A DNA stretch of 64,000 bases from Patescibacteria group bacterium (GTDB lineage Bacteria; Patescibacteriota; Patescibacteriia; Patescibacteriales; UBA12465): assembly GCA_023229115.1 (NCBI GenBank), contig JALNZW010000003.1:1664-65663 (forward strand), in the 5' to 3' direction. Position 1 is the first letter of the stretch; the number at the start of each line of letters is the position of its first letter. Positions 27,577 through 38,026 of the stretch are shown here, piece by piece. The translations under genes and the position numbers were made by a program. The notes under the pieces were generated by a model that was not told where the DNA came from, did not search any database, and saw only the letters and a list, made by a program, of their open reading frames with translations.

Positions 27577-28380
27577 CTACTTTTCTAAATTATTATTAAC
27601 CTCTTCTTCTTCTTCTTCCTCTTCCTCGTTTTCATCTTCATCATCTTCTTCTTCATCATATTCACCCTCCTCGCCACCTTCATCTTCTTCGTTCTCGTCC
27701 TCATCTTTTTCATTCCCTACCTTTTCCCTAGAGCCATTATCCCCTTCACTGTCATTCTCACTATCGTCTACTAACATCTCTGTTTCATTATCAGCACCAA
27801 CTTCTAATTCGACTTCAAGCCCCAAATCATCGCTGTCATGATTATTTATTTTACCCAACAACTTATCTATCTCTTCATTATTATTAAATTTCTCATAATC
27901 AGGCAAATCATTTAAACTGGATATTCCTAAAAATTTAACAAAATCAAGACTAACAGTATAGATATTATCTTCAATTTCATCAGCTGATTTTTCTTCAACC
28001 AAACCCCTGATTAATAAATTTTTTAAAATCAAACTACAATTTATTCCTCTAATTTTTTCGATATCCTTCTTTTTAATTGGTCCCCTATAAGCAATAATAG
28101 TCAATGTTTCTAGGCTGGCCGGTGTTAATTCCCCACTAACCTCACTTTGCATAAACTTTTGAACGACAGCCGCGCTTTCAGGAGAACTAGACATTTGATA
28201 TTTTTTAGAATTTTCAATTATAAGAATTCCTCGATCATTATTCTTATAATCATCTATTAATTCTTGCAAATCTTTTTCAACCTCTTCTGTTTTTTTATCT
28301 AAGACATCAGCTAATTCCTTGAGAGATAATGGTTTGGGAGAAACAAAAAGCAATGATTCAATTGAGCGTTTAATATTCAT
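27577..28380 (-). CDS. scpB: segregation and condensation protein B (ScpB) with long acidic C-terminal tail
   Basis: Tandem winged-helix core (LETLTIIAYRGPIKKKDIEKIRGI). The C-terminal 70 aa are almost all D/E. Confidence 0.8.
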   Translation of the reverse strand: MNIKRSIESLLFVSPKPLSLKELADVLDKKTEEVEKDLQELIDDYKNNDRGILIIENSKKYQMSSSPESAAVVQKFMQSEVSGELTPASLETLTIIAYRGPIKKKDIEKIRGINCSLILKNLLIRGLVEEKSADEIEDNIYTVSLDFVKFLGISSLNDLPDYEKFNNNEEIDKLLGKINNHDSDDLGLEVELEVGADNETEMLVDDSENDSEGDNGSREKVGNEKDEDENEEDEGGEEGEYDEEEDDEDENEEEEEEEEEVNNNLEK

Positions 28381-28398
28381 AAAATTATTTTAATTAAA

Positions 28399-29130
28399 TT
28401 ACAAAATATCATCCTGACCTTCTTCTAAATAAATTTCACTAAACAAAGAAACTTGATTAAAAACTAATTGCCTTTGTTTTGACAATTCTAAAACGGCTAA
28501 AAAATTAACAATTATTTCTGTTTTAGATTTAGCTTCTTTTAAAATTTTAGTAAAATTTATTTTAATTTTCTTATTTATTAAATTTTTGATAAACGAAATT
28601 CTTTCTTCAATACTTATTTCAGCCTTAATCGTTTCTTCTTCTAATTTTTCCTCTTCAACTTCAATCTTTTCTAATATTTTTAAAAATGAACAATGTAAAT
28701 CATTTTGCTTAACATTTTTCGGGGGAAAAAAATAATCACCCAAAAAAGAAAAACGACGATTATTTTTATTTATAACCCTAGAAAAAGAAAACTTTTTTCT
28801 ACCAATAATTTTTTGAATTTTGCCACTCAAATCAACAAAATCTTTATACATTCTCAATTGTTTTTCTAGATCCTCAATCTCTTCCTCATCTTCGGGCGTA
28901 AATAAATATGGCAATAAAGCTTTCGATTTTAAATAAATTAATTTGCTAGCCATCAATAAAAAATCAGCCATTCTTTCTGGTAAAATATCCTTTGAATTTT
29001 GAATATATGTTAAATATTCGTCGGCTATTTTAGCTAAACTGACTGAAGTGATGTCCAATTCTTCTTTTTCTATAATTCGAAGAAGTAGGGATAAAGGGCC
29101 TTGAAATTGGTCTATTTTGATGTCTATCAT
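28399..29130 (-). CDS. scpA: segregation and condensation protein A (ScpA)
   Basis: N-terminal IDQFQGPLSLLLRIIEKEELDITSVSLAKIADEYL is the characteristic ScpA start, and the gene is adjacent to scpB. Confidence 0.8.
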   Translation of the reverse strand: MIDIKIDQFQGPLSLLLRIIEKEELDITSVSLAKIADEYLTYIQNSKDILPERMADFLLMASKLIYLKSKALLPYLFTPEDEEEIEDLEKQLRMYKDFVDLSGKIQKIIGRKKFSFSRVINKNNRRFSFLGDYFFPPKNVKQNDLHCSFLKILEKIEVEEEKLEEETIKAEISIEERISFIKNLINKKIKINFTKILKEAKSKTEIIVNFLAVLELSKQRQLVFNQVSLFSEIYLEEGQDDIL

Positions 29131-29231
29131 AGTATTTTTGATAAAAACAAGCCAAAAAAGGGGTATTTTATTAAAAACCCTTACTTATCCATTCTAACTA
29201 ATTTTAAGCGTTTTATCAATAGCAAAAAATA

Positions 29232-29963
29232 TTAAAAATTCAAATAATTTATTTTTCTTTTTATAAAATTTTGGAAATTTTTATCTGTTTTTAAATCTAA
29301 TAAAAATGAAAAATCATTTTTTTTAACAAACTCCTTTAAAGACAATAAGTCTTTGTTGATTTTCAAATGATTTATTTTATCAAGACTTCTATTGATAGTT
29401 TCCTTATTAGTACAAGAATCACAAACAACGCCTCCGCGATTTAAACTAATAAAATTCAAATTTTTATCGCAACCGCACTCAACACATCTAGAAGTTTGAT
29501 AAGAATAACCAAGCAAGTCTAAAAGTTTAAACTTTAAAATGTCACCTAAAAAATCAAGATCCTTTAAAGACTTACTCTTAACACTTTCAATGGAATCATT
29601 AATAGTTTTTAAAAAATTATTTAAAAAAATAAAAAGATCAAAATCTGCCTGGCCTTCTTTTACATGTTGATTAAAAAAAGAAAAAACCTTACCACTTAAA
29701 AGTAAAGAATTATAATCATTTTTTAAATTTAGAAAAGAATTTTGACTGATTACGCTACCAACACTAACCCCGTTTTTATTTTTAATCATCATTAAATCTA
29801 CAAAATTAAAAGGCTCAAGATGAGCCACTAATTTAGATGATTGCTTTCTAGCCCCTCTGGCTGTTAAAACTAATTTACCAAAGTCTAAAGTATAAAAATA
29901 GATTAAAGCATCATTTTCTTTATGGGGAAATCTATTTAAAACTATGGCTTTAGTTCTTATCAT
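29232..29963 (-). CDS. recO: DNA repair protein RecO
   Basis: N-terminal OB fold followed by a C-terminal CxxC...CxxC zinc finger (CVECGC...CDSC). Confidence 0.75.
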   Translation of the reverse strand: MIRTKAIVLNRFPHKENDALIYFYTLDFGKLVLTARGARKQSSKLVAHLEPFNFVDLMMIKNKNGVSVGSVISQNSFLNLKNDYNSLLLSGKVFSFFNQHVKEGQADFDLFIFLNNFLKTINDSIESVKSKSLKDLDFLGDILKFKLLDLLGYSYQTSRCVECGCDKNLNFISLNRGGVVCDSCTNKETINRSLDKINHLKINKDLLSLKEFVKKNDFSFLLDLKTDKNFQNFIKRKINYLNF

Positions 29964-30340
29964 CTTTTATCTAAATAAGATTGAAGGATTATCATAGCTG
30001 CCAAAGAATCGCGATTATCGTTCATTTTTTTATTCATTATAGAGTCAGCTTGTAAACTAGAAAGCCTTTCATCAATCAAAATCATCTTAACTTCTTTTCC
30101 AACTAATTCTTTTTCAATAAAATTAATAAATCTTAAAAAATTTTTATTGTCACTTTCTTGACCACTCATTTTCTTGGGATTGCCAATTACTAAAAAACCT
30201 ATTCCTTCCTTTTTCACAAGCTCAAGTAAAGCCGATGGACTAGAAACGGTTTTAAAAGGTGTAGATATTTTATTTTCACTGTTAGCCAGAGCCAGGCCTA
30301 TTCTTTTCTCGCCCCAGTCAACCCCCAAATATTTAATCAT
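29960..30340 (-). CDS. ruvX: Holliday-junction resolvase-like protein RuvX/YqgF
   Basis: 126 aa with LGVDWGEKRIGLALA and IGNPKKMSG ... IDERLSS motifs. Confidence 0.85.
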   Translation of the reverse strand: MIKYLGVDWGEKRIGLALANSENKISTPFKTVSSPSALLELVKKEGIGFLVIGNPKKMSGQESDNKNFLRFINFIEKELVGKEVKMILIDERLSSLQADSIMNKKMNDNRDSLAAMIILQSYLDKR

Positions 30341-31173
30341 TATTCAGTTAAAATTATATTTCCATCTTCAACAACGGCAATTGAGTGTTCGTAGTGAGAA
30401 CTAAGAGAATTATCAGAGGTTACAAAGGTATAAGTATTTTTAGCTACTTTAACATGAAATTTGCCAGCATTAATCATTGGTTCAATGGCAATAACCATTC
30501 CTGGCTTTAAAACTAAATTATCACGACTCTTATCACCTATTTCATAATTGAAAACATGAGGGTCCTCATGAGCTTGATAGCCAACTCCATGTCCAACTAA
30601 ATCTCTGACAACACTAAAGCCATTTTTAACAACAAAATCTTCGATTGTTTTACCAATATCATTTAAAGTCATACCTGGCTTGGCCTTGCCTATTCCTAAA
30701 AATAAAGCCTCTTTAGATATTTTAATTATTTTGGTAGCATCTTTAGATACTTTACCAACCGGAACAGTTCGACACATGTCAGTATAAAAACCACCACCCT
30801 TAGAGCGATGATTATAGGGTCGATTATTTTTTCGAGCCTCTTCTTTGCTTTGAATAGGCCATTCCATTCCAATATCCAAGCCAACAATATCTCCCGACTT
30901 TAAAACTTTATTTGGCAAAGCTGTTCCATGAACAACTTCATTATTTACAGAGACACAAAGTGTTGATGGAAAAAAAATTTTACCACCCATCGGATAATCT
31001 TTAAAAGCTGGTCGACCACCTTTTTTCTCTATCAAAGAAGTTGCTAAATTCTCTAAATCTTCTGAATTAACACCAGGTTTAACCATTTTACAAACCTCAC
31101 TCAAAACATTGGATAGTATTTTACCACCCTCTTTTAATATTTTAATCTCTTCTAATGTTTTAATTTCTATCAT
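30340..31173 (-). CDS. map: methionine aminopeptidase type I
   Basis: 277 aa with a pita-bread fold and metal ligands in DIVGLDIG ... HGVGYQAHE ... IEPM. Confidence 0.85.
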   Translation of the reverse strand: MIEIKTLEEIKILKEGGKILSNVLSEVCKMVKPGVNSEDLENLATSLIEKKGGRPAFKDYPMGGKIFFPSTLCVSVNNEVVHGTALPNKVLKSGDIVGLDIGMEWPIQSKEEARKNNRPYNHRSKGGGFYTDMCRTVPVGKVSKDATKIIKISKEALFLGIGKAKPGMTLNDIGKTIEDFVVKNGFSVVRDLVGHGVGYQAHEDPHVFNYEIGDKSRDNLVLKPGMVIAIEPMINAGKFHVKVAKNTYTFVTSDNSLSSHYEHSIAVVEDGNIILTE

Positions 31174-31177
31174 TTTT

Positions 31178-31465
31178 TTATTTATAATTTTCTAAAATTT
31201 TCTTAAAATTTTTTGTATCCTGATCACTTGTCTTGGGATCTTTATCAAACTCCCTAAGAGCTCTACTTCTAGTAAAAAACGGTATTTTCCCATCATCCTT
31301 AATAGTCTTAGCCAATCTTTTAAAGATTTTTATAGCCAAATCCTTGTTATTCTTTAAACTAGAAAATTGACCATGATTAACCATGCTAGAAAATTTTCTA
31401 GCAAAACCACTGCTGCCACTCATTCTAAAAGAATGTCCAGTTGGTGGTAATTTTTTAGATGGCAT
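31178..31465 (-). CDS. hypothetical basic protein (95 aa) between secY and map
   Basis: ORF occupying the position where adk or infA usually sits, with no recognised motif. Confidence 0.4.
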   Translation of the reverse strand: MPSKKLPPTGHSFRMSGSSGFARKFSSMVNHGQFSSLKNNKDLAIKIFKRLAKTIKDDGKIPFFTRSRALREFDKDPKTSDQDTKNFKKILENYK

Positions 31466-31563
31466 ATTATATGTTATTACGTATTATAATAAGCTTATTA
31501 TAATAAAAAAACAATAAAAAAACAAGGAATTTTATCCTTGTTTTCTTTATATTCTAAAAAATA

Positions 31564-32832
31564 TTAAATACTATCGTAATCTCTCATGGTTATCTGGGAC
31601 TCAATCTGTTTTACTGTTTCAATAACAACTGAAACAACGATCAACATACTTGTTCCTCCAATAGCTAATGTTTGCATTCCTGTAAAATATTTCATCACTA
31701 AAGGCAAAACAGCGATAACACCCAAGAAAAGCGAACCAGTAAGCAAAATGCGTCTGCTAATGCCTTGTAAATAATCACTAGTATGTCTTCCTGGCCTTAT
31801 TCCTGGTATAAAACCTCCTTGTTTTTGTAAATTTTCAGCTATTTGATCTGGCTTAAATACTATTTCTGTATAAAAATAAGTAAAGCCAACAACTAAAATA
31901 AAGTAAAATATACCATAAAAAAGTTGATTCTCAAAAACTTTTATTATCCAAGTTGAAACATTAGCTAAAATAGCATATTTAGAGGAAACAAAAAACTGGG
32001 CAATCATTGTTGGAAAAACAATAATGGAAATAGCAAAGATAATCGGAATAACACCAGCAGTATTAACTCTCAGTGGTAAATGAGTACTTGTTCCACCAAA
32101 AGCTCTATTTCCCCTTATTTGTCTAGCGTATTGAACTGGAATATTTCTTTGACCCTCATTAATAATAACGATACCAATAATAGTTATTAGGGTTATAAAA
32201 ATAAAACCTAAAAGCATGAATAATTGAGATTGGTCAAAAGTAAAAATTATTCTCTGAAGACCAGTTGGTAAACCGGCTATAATACCAGCAAAGATTAAAA
32301 GAGAAATACCATTTCCAATCTTTTTTTCTGAAATAAGCTCACCAATCCACATTAAGAATATTGTTCCAGCAGTTATGGTTATGATAATAGTTAATAAATC
32401 AAAATAACCACCACTTAAAATACCAGCTCCAGAACTGTTAAGTAACTTGATCATGCCATAAGCTTGAATCATGGCTAAAGGAACCGTTCCTAATCTTGTC
32501 CAAGTATTAATTTTTTGACGACCAGACTCCTCTTTTTGCATTTCTTCTAATTTAGGAAGAATCATTCCTAATAATTGAAAAATAATAGAAGAAGTGATAT
32601 AAGGAGCAATACCCATCATAACTATTGAAAAATTGTCCATACTACCGCCAGAAAAAACATTCAACATTCCTAAAAATTGATTTGAAGAAAAAATATCCCT
32701 CAAAACATCAACATTAACGCCTGGAACAGGGATATGAGCAAAAAGTCTAAAAAAAGCTAACATTAACAACACAAAAAGAATGTTATTTCTTAAATCTCTA
32801 ATTTTCCAAATTTTTGTTATTTTATCAAACAT
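31564..32832 (-). CDS. secY: preprotein translocase subunit SecY
   Basis: 422 aa with 10 TM helices, directly downstream of rplO. Confidence 0.9.
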   Translation of the reverse strand: MFDKITKIWKIRDLRNNILFVLLMLAFFRLFAHIPVPGVNVDVLRDIFSSNQFLGMLNVFSGGSMDNFSIVMMGIAPYITSSIIFQLLGMILPKLEEMQKEESGRQKINTWTRLGTVPLAMIQAYGMIKLLNSSGAGILSGGYFDLLTIIITITAGTIFLMWIGELISEKKIGNGISLLIFAGIIAGLPTGLQRIIFTFDQSQLFMLLGFIFITLITIIGIVIINEGQRNIPVQYARQIRGNRAFGGTSTHLPLRVNTAGVIPIIFAISIIVFPTMIAQFFVSSKYAILANVSTWIIKVFENQLFYGIFYFILVVGFTYFYTEIVFKPDQIAENLQKQGGFIPGIRPGRHTSDYLQGISRRILLTGSLFLGVIAVLPLVMKYFTGMQTLAIGGTSMLIVVSVVIETVKQIESQITMRDYDSI

Positions 32833-32840
32833 ATTTTAAA

Positions 32841-33266
32841 TTATTTTTCTAATGTTTTTTTAACACCATCACTCATTTTAAGATTCTCAAACTTTAAGCC
32901 CTTAACTGTCAAAGACTCTTTTCCTAAAATTTTCACAACCTGATTTTTCTTAGAAATAAGTTTTTTAGCCAATAAAGTTTCTGGACTAACCACCTCATTA
33001 TCTTTAAAATTCTCATTAATAGCCTTAATACTAACAACTTGGTTTTTGTCACTTAAAGATTTAAAACCTCTAACTTTTGGTGTTTTTAAAAGATTTTGCT
33101 TCATGCCCAATCTTTTTAATTTACCACGACTAACACCAGAACGAGATTTTTGTCCTTTTAAACCACGTCCGCTATAAGTACCAGAACCAGAAGAATTTCC
33201 TCTGCCAATTCTTTTTTTCTTCTTCAAGGTTCCTTTTCCCTTTTTTATACTATCTAGTGTAATCAT
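32841..33266 (-). CDS. rplO: 50S ribosomal protein L15
   Basis: 141 aa, Gly/Arg/Lys rich, in the conserved position before secY. Confidence 0.85.
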   Translation of the reverse strand: MITLDSIKKGKGTLKKKKRIGRGNSSGSGTYSGRGLKGQKSRSGVSRGKLKRLGMKQNLLKTPKVRGFKSLSDKNQVVSIKAINENFKDNEVVSPETLLAKKLISKKNQVVKILGKESLTVKGLKFENLKMSDGVKKTLEK

Positions 33267-33286
33267 ATCTTTTATAAAAATTATTT

Positions 33287-33955
33287 TTATTTTTTGGATT
33301 TAATTTCTTTTTTATCTGCTGTTTCTAAAGAATTCTTATCTTTATTCACTTTATTTTCAGAATCTTTTTTAGGAGAAAAAGTTTTTCTTTTTAATTTTGA
33401 TAAAGCTAAAATTGTACATTTAGCATTATTAACCTTATTATTTGTTCCTAAAATTTTACTAGTAACATTTTTAATACCAGCTAAATCCATTATAACCCTA
33501 ACAACGCCTCCAGCAATAACACCTCTACCCTTAGCGGCTGGTTTAAACATTAATTTAGCTGAACCAAATTTAGCATTTATTTGATGAGGGATAGTGTCGT
33601 TATAAATAGGAACTTCTAGTAAATTCTTTTTAGCCTTATTAACAGCTTTATTAACTGCTAGAGTAACATCAGCACCTTTGCCCAAAGCAACAGCAATTCT
33701 TCCCTTCTTATCACCAATGACAACGCAAGCTCTAAAGCTCATTCTTTTGCCACCCTTCATAACTCTAGTTACGCGAGCCAAATCTAGAATTCTTTGCTCA
33801 AACTCCTCCTTTGGTCTTTCTCCAAATCTTTTTCCACGTCCAGAAAAATCTTTTCTCTTTTTATTAAAACCAGAATTATTAAATGGTTTTCCGGCGATTC
33901 CGGTAGTTGGAGTGTTTTCCTGTTTTTTTTCTTCTTGTTTTTTTTCTTCGGACAT
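33287..33955 (-). CDS. rpsE: 30S ribosomal protein S5 (with N- and C-terminal extensions)
   Basis: Core ILDLARVTRVMKGGKRMSFRACVVIGDKKGRIAVALGKG...GRGVIAGG. Confidence 0.9.
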   Translation of the reverse strand: MSEEKKQEEKKQENTPTTGIAGKPFNNSGFNKKRKDFSGRGKRFGERPKEEFEQRILDLARVTRVMKGGKRMSFRACVVIGDKKGRIAVALGKGADVTLAVNKAVNKAKKNLLEVPIYNDTIPHQINAKFGSAKLMFKPAAKGRGVIAGGVVRVIMDLAGIKNVTSKILGTNNKVNNAKCTILALSKLKRKTFSPKKDSENKVNKDKNSLETADKKEIKSKK

Positions 33956-33989
33956 AATATTTAAAAACTTATATATAAATAAATTATGA

Positions 33990-34349
33990 TTAAAACTTCA
34001 ATCCAGCTTCACGGGCGCCATCAGCTACAGCCTTAACTCTTCCATGATATTTATAACCACCACGATCAAAAACTGCCTCTGAAATATTAGCTTTAACAGC
34101 TTTTTCTCCTAAAAGCTTACCTAATTTAAAGCTTTGCTCAGTTTTTTTCATCTTATCGGCCCCTTTTAATTCTTTAAAATTAACACTAAATAATGTTTTT
34201 CCGTTAACATCATCAATCAATTGTAAGTAAATGCCGATATTAGATTTAAAGACACTTAATCTTGGCTTGCTAGCTGTGCCACTAATCTTCATTCTAATTT
34301 TTTTATGTCTTCTTTCTAATTTACTATTTTTTTCTTTCTGCTTGTTCAT
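33990..34349 (-). CDS. rplR: 50S ribosomal protein L18
   Basis: 119 aa ending VFDRGGYKYHGRVKAVADGAREAGLKF. Confidence 0.9.
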   Translation of the reverse strand: MNKQKEKNSKLERRHKKIRMKISGTASKPRLSVFKSNIGIYLQLIDDVNGKTLFSVNFKELKGADKMKKTEQSFKLGKLLGEKAVKANISEAVFDRGGYKYHGRVKAVADGAREAGLKF

Positions 34350-34381
34350 ATGTGAAAAATTTATTTATAAATATTATTAAA

Positions 34382-34921
34382 TTATTTAGCAGCAGCTTTA
34401 CCAGCTTTTCTTCTAATAACTTCATCACTATATTTAATACCCTTACCTTTGTATGGCTCTGGCACCCTTAATTTTCTAATTTGGGCAGCTATTTCACCAA
34501 CCAATTGCTTGTCAATGCCACTAATTGTCAAATTATTGCCTTCTGCCACAGCTGAAATTCCTTGAGGTAAAGGAAATTCTATTGGATGTGAAAAGCCTAA
34601 ATTAAAATTTATTTTATTACCAGCGACAGCCATTTTGTAACCAACACCTTTAATTTCTAATTTTTTTTCAAAGCCATCATTAACGCCCACAACCATATTA
34701 TTTATTAAAGCTCTGTATAAACCCCATAAAGATTTCTCCTTCTTATTTTCTGGGTTAGAAACTTTAACTATAATTTCTCCATCAACAACTTCAACCTTAG
34801 CCTCTTTTAAAAAGCTTGTTTTTAGTTCACCTTTTGGGCCCTTAACAGTTACTGTTCTGCCCTCAATTTTAACATCAGTTCCGTTTGGTATTTTGATTGC
34901 TAATTTTCCTAATCTTGACAT
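34382..34921 (-). CDS. rplF: 50S ribosomal protein L6
   Basis: 179 aa with two-domain L6 pattern (IPNGTDVKIEG..VTVKGPKG). Confidence 0.9.
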   Translation of the reverse strand: MSRLGKLAIKIPNGTDVKIEGRTVTVKGPKGELKTSFLKEAKVEVVDGEIIVKVSNPENKKEKSLWGLYRALINNMVVGVNDGFEKKLEIKGVGYKMAVAGNKINFNLGFSHPIEFPLPQGISAVAEGNNLTISGIDKQLVGEIAAQIRKLRVPEPYKGKGIKYSDEVIRRKAGKAAAK

Positions 34922-34980
34922 AATAATGGTATTATAATTTTAAAATTAAAAATAATTTCAAAAGCATTTTTCTTAAAAAA

Positions 34981-35400
34981 TTAATAAATTTCACAAATAA
35001 ATTCTCCACCAATCTTGGTTTTTCTGGCTTCGATATTAGTCATCAAACCTTTAGAGGTAGAAACTATAGCCAAACCAAAACCATTTAAAATAGTTGGGAT
35101 ATTGTCTTTATTGATATAAACTCTTCTGCCTGGCTTACTTATTCTCTTTAAAGAGCTTATTCTTGGTCGGCCATCAGCTTCATATTTCAAAACCAATCTA
35201 ATTTGATCAAATTTTGAACTCTTGTTTTTTTGCAAATCTTGGCCACCTTTAATTATTTCAGCTTTGCTTATAAAACCCTCTCTCTCTAATATCTTGGCAA
35301 TGTTGAACTTTATTTTGCTCATTGGCAAAAGAACATCAGCCTTTCTTACAGTAGAGGCGTTTCTAATTCTGGTTAGCATGTCTGCGATTGGATCTATCAT
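34981..35400 (-). CDS. rpsH: 30S ribosomal protein S8
   Basis: 139 aa beginning MIDPIADMLTRIRNA. Confidence 0.9.
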   Translation of the reverse strand: MIDPIADMLTRIRNASTVRKADVLLPMSKIKFNIAKILEREGFISKAEIIKGGQDLQKNKSSKFDQIRLVLKYEADGRPRISSLKRISKPGRRVYINKDNIPTILNGFGLAIVSTSKGLMTNIEARKTKIGGEFICEIY

Positions 35401-35444
35401 AATATTTTAATTAAATAAAAGTATATAATTTAATAAATAGCGAA

Positions 35445-35630
35445 TTACCAACTTGCTTTTTTAATTCCTGGTAAATCTCCATTGTCAGCTAATTCTCTAA
35501 AACAAATACGACACAAATCAAAATCTCTCATGTATCCCTTGTTCCTACCACAACGCCAGCATCTATTAATTTTTCTAGTTGAAAATTTTGCCTGTCTTTT
35601 AGCTTTTACAATTAACGCTTGTCTAGCCAT
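35445..35630 (-). CDS. rpsZ: 30S ribosomal protein S14 type Z (zinc-binding)
   Basis: 61 aa with CWRCGR...CRIC. Confidence 0.9.
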   Translation of the reverse strand: MARQALIVKAKRQAKFSTRKINRCWRCGRNKGYMRDFDLCRICFRELADNGDLPGIKKASW

Positions 35631-35645
35631 ATAAATATTTTTTAA

Positions 35646-36200
35646 TTATTTTTTATTATTCTCCTCTTTTTTAAAAGGAAAACCAAACATTCTGAATAAC
35701 TCTAAACCTTCTTCTTTGTTTTTAGCACTTGAATCAACTATAACCTCTAATCCGTGAATATTATTAATATCATCAACTTTCACTTCTGGAAAAGCAGTAT
35801 TCTCTTTAAAGCCAATGGTTAAATTACCCTGTTTATCAACTGATTTTTCTGATATACCTCTAAAATCTCTAACACGAGGAAAACTAACATTAACTAATTT
35901 CTCTAAAAAATTATACATTCTTTCACCTCTAAGGGTAACCATGATACCAATAATCATACCCTCTCTAACTTTAAAAGATGAAATTGATTTTTTAGCTTTT
36001 GTAAAAACTGGCTTTTGCCCTGTAATCTTAATTAAAGTTTTTTCAATATTATCAATATAGTCCTTGTCCTTAACTCTTCGACCAAAACCAACATTAATAA
36101 CAACTTTTTTAATTTTAGGAACTAAAAACCCATTAGAATAATTAAATTTATCTTTCAAGGCAGGTATTATTTCTTTTTGATATTTTTCTTTTAAACTCAT
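35646..36200 (-). CDS. rplE: 50S ribosomal protein L5
   Basis: 184 aa in the conserved order and with L5 motifs. Confidence 0.9.
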   Translation of the reverse strand: MSLKEKYQKEIIPALKDKFNYSNGFLVPKIKKVVINVGFGRRVKDKDYIDNIEKTLIKITGQKPVFTKAKKSISSFKVREGMIIGIMVTLRGERMYNFLEKLVNVSFPRVRDFRGISEKSVDKQGNLTIGFKENTAFPEVKVDDINNIHGLEVIVDSSAKNKEEGLELFRMFGFPFKKEENNKK

Positions 36201-36223
36201 ACTATTATTTTAATATATTTTAA

Positions 36224-36550
36224 TTAATCTATGGTTTCACCACATTTTTTACAAACTCTAAATTTCTTAGCACTTGAGTCAGAACCCTTTTCTCCTATCT
36301 TATAAGAAACTCTGGTATTTTTGCCGCATTTAGGGCAAATTAAAGCAACATTTGAAATATTAATTAAACCTGGGAATTCAATTCTTTGTCCCTTCTCTCC
36401 TTGCTTTTGGGGTCTTAAATGTTTAATTAAAATATTTAAGCCCTCGACACTAACTCTTCCTTCTTTAGGGAAAATTTGTAAAACTTTGCCAGTTTTACCG
36501 CTATCCTTTCCGGCTAATATTTTAACTTTATCTCCTTTTTTTATCTTCAT
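36224..36550 (-). CDS. rplX: 50S ribosomal protein L24 with C-terminal zinc-ribbon extension
   Basis: KOW motif KIKKGDKVKILAGKDSGKTGKV, plus a C-terminal CPKCGK...CKKCGE. Confidence 0.85.
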   Translation of the reverse strand: MKIKKGDKVKILAGKDSGKTGKVLQIFPKEGRVSVEGLNILIKHLRPQKQGEKGQRIEFPGLINISNVALICPKCGKNTRVSYKIGEKGSDSSAKKFRVCKKCGETID

Positions 36551-36580
36551 ATCAAAAAATTTAATTTAATAAATCAAAAA

Positions 36581-36952
36581 TTATAAAACCTCTGGGGCTA
36601 AAGAAGCTATCTTGGTAAAACCAGCTCTTCTAACTTCTCTGGCTACTGGACCAAAAATACGTGTTCCCTTCGGCTCCTTTTTTTCTTTATCAATAACAAC
36701 ACAAGCATTATCATCGAACCTCAAATAACTGCCATCTTTTCTTCTAATTTCTTTTTTTGTTCTAACAACAACAGCTCTAAGAACATCACTCTTTTTAATA
36801 GGCATATGAGGACTAGCTGATTTAACAGTAGCCACAATAATATCACCAACAGTGGCATATCTTTTTTTATAACCACCCAAAACTCTAATACACAAAACTT
36901 CTTTAGCTCCGGTATTATCAGCAACTTTTAATCGACTTTCTACTTGTATCAT
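36581..36952 (-). CDS. rplN: 50S ribosomal protein L14
   Basis: 123 aa beginning [17 protein letters not shown]. Confidence 0.9.
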   Translation of the reverse strand: MIQVESRLKVADNTGAKEVLCIRVLGGYKKRYATVGDIIVATVKSASPHMPIKKSDVLRAVVVRTKKEIRRKDGSYLRFDDNACVVIDKEKKEPKGTRIFGPVAREVRRAGFTKIASLAPEVL

Positions 36953-36984
36953 ATATTTATAATATTTAAAAACAATTAAAATTA

Positions 36985-37242
36985 TTAACTATAAATAACT
37001 CTCCATTTTTTATCTTTACTAATTGGACGACATTCTACAAAAGAAACTTTGTCCCCTATTTTAAACTTATTCTCTTCATCATGAACTTTATATTTCTTGC
37101 TAGAAATATATCTTTTCTGGTATTTTTTATTAATCTTAGTAATATCAACAGAAACAAGAACAGTTTTGTCAGACTTATCACTAACAACCACTCCTGAGAA
37201 TTTTTTTCTAATAACTTTTTTAACTTCTTTTTTATTTTCCAT
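36985..37242 (-). CDS. rpsQ: 30S ribosomal protein S17
   Basis: 85-aa OB-fold protein in the conserved position. Confidence 0.85.
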   Translation of the reverse strand: MENKKEVKKVIRKKFSGVVVSDKSDKTVLVSVDITKINKKYQKRYISSKKYKVHDEENKFKIGDKVSFVECRPISKDKKWRVIYS

Positions 37243-37250
37243 ATTATTTT

Positions 37251-37478
37251 TTATTTATTCTCTTCATTTTTATTATTTTCTATATCGGTAGAATTTTTGT
37301 CAGAATTCAATAATGTCAAAACTTGAGCAACATTTTTTCTAATGTTTCTGATTTCTCTAATGTTTTTTAATTGACGATTAGAGTCCTTAAATCTAAGTTC
37401 TCTCAACTCCTCTCTCCATTTAGCAAGCAAAGAATGAAGTTCAGAGTCTTTTTTCGTTTTTAATTCTTTTAAGTCCAT
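37251..37478 (-). CDS. rpmC: 50S ribosomal protein L29
   Basis: 75 aa with MDLKELKTKKDSELHSLLAKWREEL. Confidence 0.85.
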   Translation of the reverse strand: MDLKELKTKKDSELHSLLAKWREELRELRFKDSNRQLKNIREIRNIRKNVAQVLTLLNSDKNSTDIENNKNEENK

Positions 37479-37501
37479 ATTTTAATTATTTATTTTTATA
37501 A

Positions 37502-37909
37502 TTAATCTTTTTTAACAATCTTACATTTTACTGGTAATTTATAAGCAGCTAAATTTAAAGCCTGTAAGGATTGTTCCTCTGTTAGACCGTCAATTTCATA
37601 CATGATCATACCTGGTTTAACTGGACAAATATAGTGATCAACTGCTCCCTTTCCCTTACCCATAGGTATTTCTCCACCTTTTTGAGTAACTGATCTGTCT
37701 GGAAAAATTCTAATCCAAATTTTACCATTCTTTTTGGTATATTTAGCAATAACTCTTCTGGCAGCCTCAATTTGACGTGAGCTAATCCAACAAGCCTCCA
37801 TGCTTTTTAAACCATAAGATCCAAAATCAACATTAAGTAAACTACTGGCTTTACCACCTCTTTTGGCCTTGTGCATCTTTCTATGTTTAGTTTTTTTTGG
37901 CATTAACAT
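37502..37909 (-). CDS. rplP: 50S ribosomal protein L16
   Basis: 135 aa beginning MLMPKKTKHRKMHKAKRGG. Confidence 0.9.
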   Translation of the reverse strand: MLMPKKTKHRKMHKAKRGGKASSLLNVDFGSYGLKSMEACWISSRQIEAARRVIAKYTKKNGKIWIRIFPDRSVTQKGGEIPMGKGKGAVDHYICPVKPGMIMYEIDGLTEEQSLQALNLAAYKLPVKCKIVKKD

Positions 37910-38026
37910 ATTTTTTGTTTAAGATTCTTGAGATCACCGAGATCCTTAGATTGTTTTTTAATTTTATATTTCCAAAACTATTTAAGAATCCTGAATATTT
38001 CAAGAATCTTAATTAATAATCATAAA

